DNA of 64,000 nt, from assembly GCA_030390025.1 (NCBI GenBank), contig CM059432.1, forward strand, positions 81,160,001-81,224,000, read 5' to 3'. This document shows positions 62,761-64,000 of this stretch, piece by piece (positions within the stretch are counted from its first letter, which is position 1; each line of letters opens with the position of its first letter). Below the pieces are notes generated by a model, which did no database searches, had not been told where the DNA came from, and was given only the letters and a program-made list of their open reading frames with translations. The position numbers and the translations under genes are program-made. Origin of the DNA: Squalus acanthias (lineage: Eukaryota).

Positions 62761-62904
62761 CTAATCTCCCTCATCCTCTTGAGCCATCTCTTGTCTTTTG
62801 TGCCATTGTAATCCATTTGATGGTCCGGCACAGAGTCCTCATCCTCCCCACAGTAAGCTAGAGCTTCGAACTTGTTGGAGAGGCTAATTTGGTCTGTGTG
62901 TCCC

Positions 62905-63215
62905 TGTGCCTATATCCATTCAACCCCTTTTACTGCATTCACCGATCCAATCTAATCTTGAATGTTGACATCGTTTCTGCCACAACCACTAAGCTTAGAA
63001 GTGAATACCACAGCATCACAACTCTCTGTAGAAGTAAGTTTTTCTTTCTCTCTGTTCTAAATCTCTTACATTTAATCCTGTATCTATGGCACCTTGTTTT
63101 TAGCTCTACAACTACTGGAAACAGTCTGCTTCTATCGACCCTGTTCCATCCTTTCATAATTTTAAAGCCTTTATCATATTGCCCCGTAATCTACATTGGT
63201 CTATCAAAAATAGTA
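62905..63215 (-). mobile_element. CR1 3' fragment
   Basis: MKGWNRVDRSRLFP...QRVVMLWYSL. Confidence 0.8.
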
Positions 63216-63832
63216 GGATAAGTATCATTTGTGCTGACAGCCCTTTGTAACATATTGAAGCAGTTGCAAGTAGTATGAAAATAACCGCAGAATATTGCAG
63301 TCCTCCATCTGATCCTTTGAAAATATGTGTGCAATGGACAATGTCACAAGGCTGATTGCTAACTAATTTGTGAGTCTCGTATATCCTTGTAATTTTGCAA
63401 ATCTTTTCACTGTCAGTTGCGGTAGTTCTAACCTCTTCCCAAAAAAATACAAATTGAGGAGAGCGATTTAAGTTCTGAATGTGCATCTGTCACTTTTCAA
63501 ATAAATAAAACTCCTCACTAACTTTCATCCCATTTCTTTGATGAATTATCTCTGCTTATCAGAATCTCGGTTCCTCTTGAAATACAAACTCAATCGTGGG
63601 AATTACAGAAAACCAGTTAATCACAACACACCTGTAACAATATTGCTTTCACAATTCTCAAGCATCTAAATTGCCACCTATTTGTTATAAATATGGTTAA
63701 TATTTTACTCTTCCAGCTGTGGCAAGAGAAAACAAAATGTTGTAGTTATGACTAAGTTGGCACCCAATTTATTTGAGCCAGATGCAATGATTGGGACATG
63801 GAAGCGTTATGAAATGGTGCATTGCAGAATAT

Positions 63833-64000
63833 AGGCCTGGATTTTAGCCCGGAGGCGAGTTCTGTGCTGGGGCGCTGTTGTGAGGTTCAGAAACCCGAAA
63901 GAACAGGTTTCTCGAATGTCCTGCAGAATTTAACTGCATGGCTCCTTTAAGTGGGGTTCCCACTCACAGGCACCCTGATTGACAGGCTGGAGGCCTATCG
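63833..64000 (+). mobile_element. Start of a Harbinger-type element running off the window
   Basis: GGCCTGGATTTT terminus followed by a GC-rich subterminal region. Confidence 0.6.

Overview
This is repeat-saturated vertebrate genomic DNA, most likely intronic or intergenic sequence from a cartilaginous fish (inferred from the mix of Deu-domain SINEs, abundant CR1 LINEs, Penelope, RTE and Harbinger elements). I could not support any host protein-coding gene. The window is a layered stack of mobile elements. It holds many CR1 LINEs, one nearly full length with an esterase ORF1. A class I (gamma/epsilon-type) endogenous retrovirus remnant retains its 3' LTR and polypurine tract; its env TM is split by a Penelope element with a 13-bp target-site duplication (TSD) and an intact-looking hammerhead ribozyme. 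The same retroviral remnant carries a possible second membrane-anchored glycoprotein ORF. Also present are a 5'-inverted (twin-primed) RTE LINE, an L2 fragment, six Deu-SINEs, and many PIF/Harbinger relics: transposase pseudogenes, 3-exon Myb/SANT partner genes, deletion derivatives and MITEs with covarying hairpins. All family calls come from motif recognition by eye and no database search was run. Boundaries of old elements are approximate.
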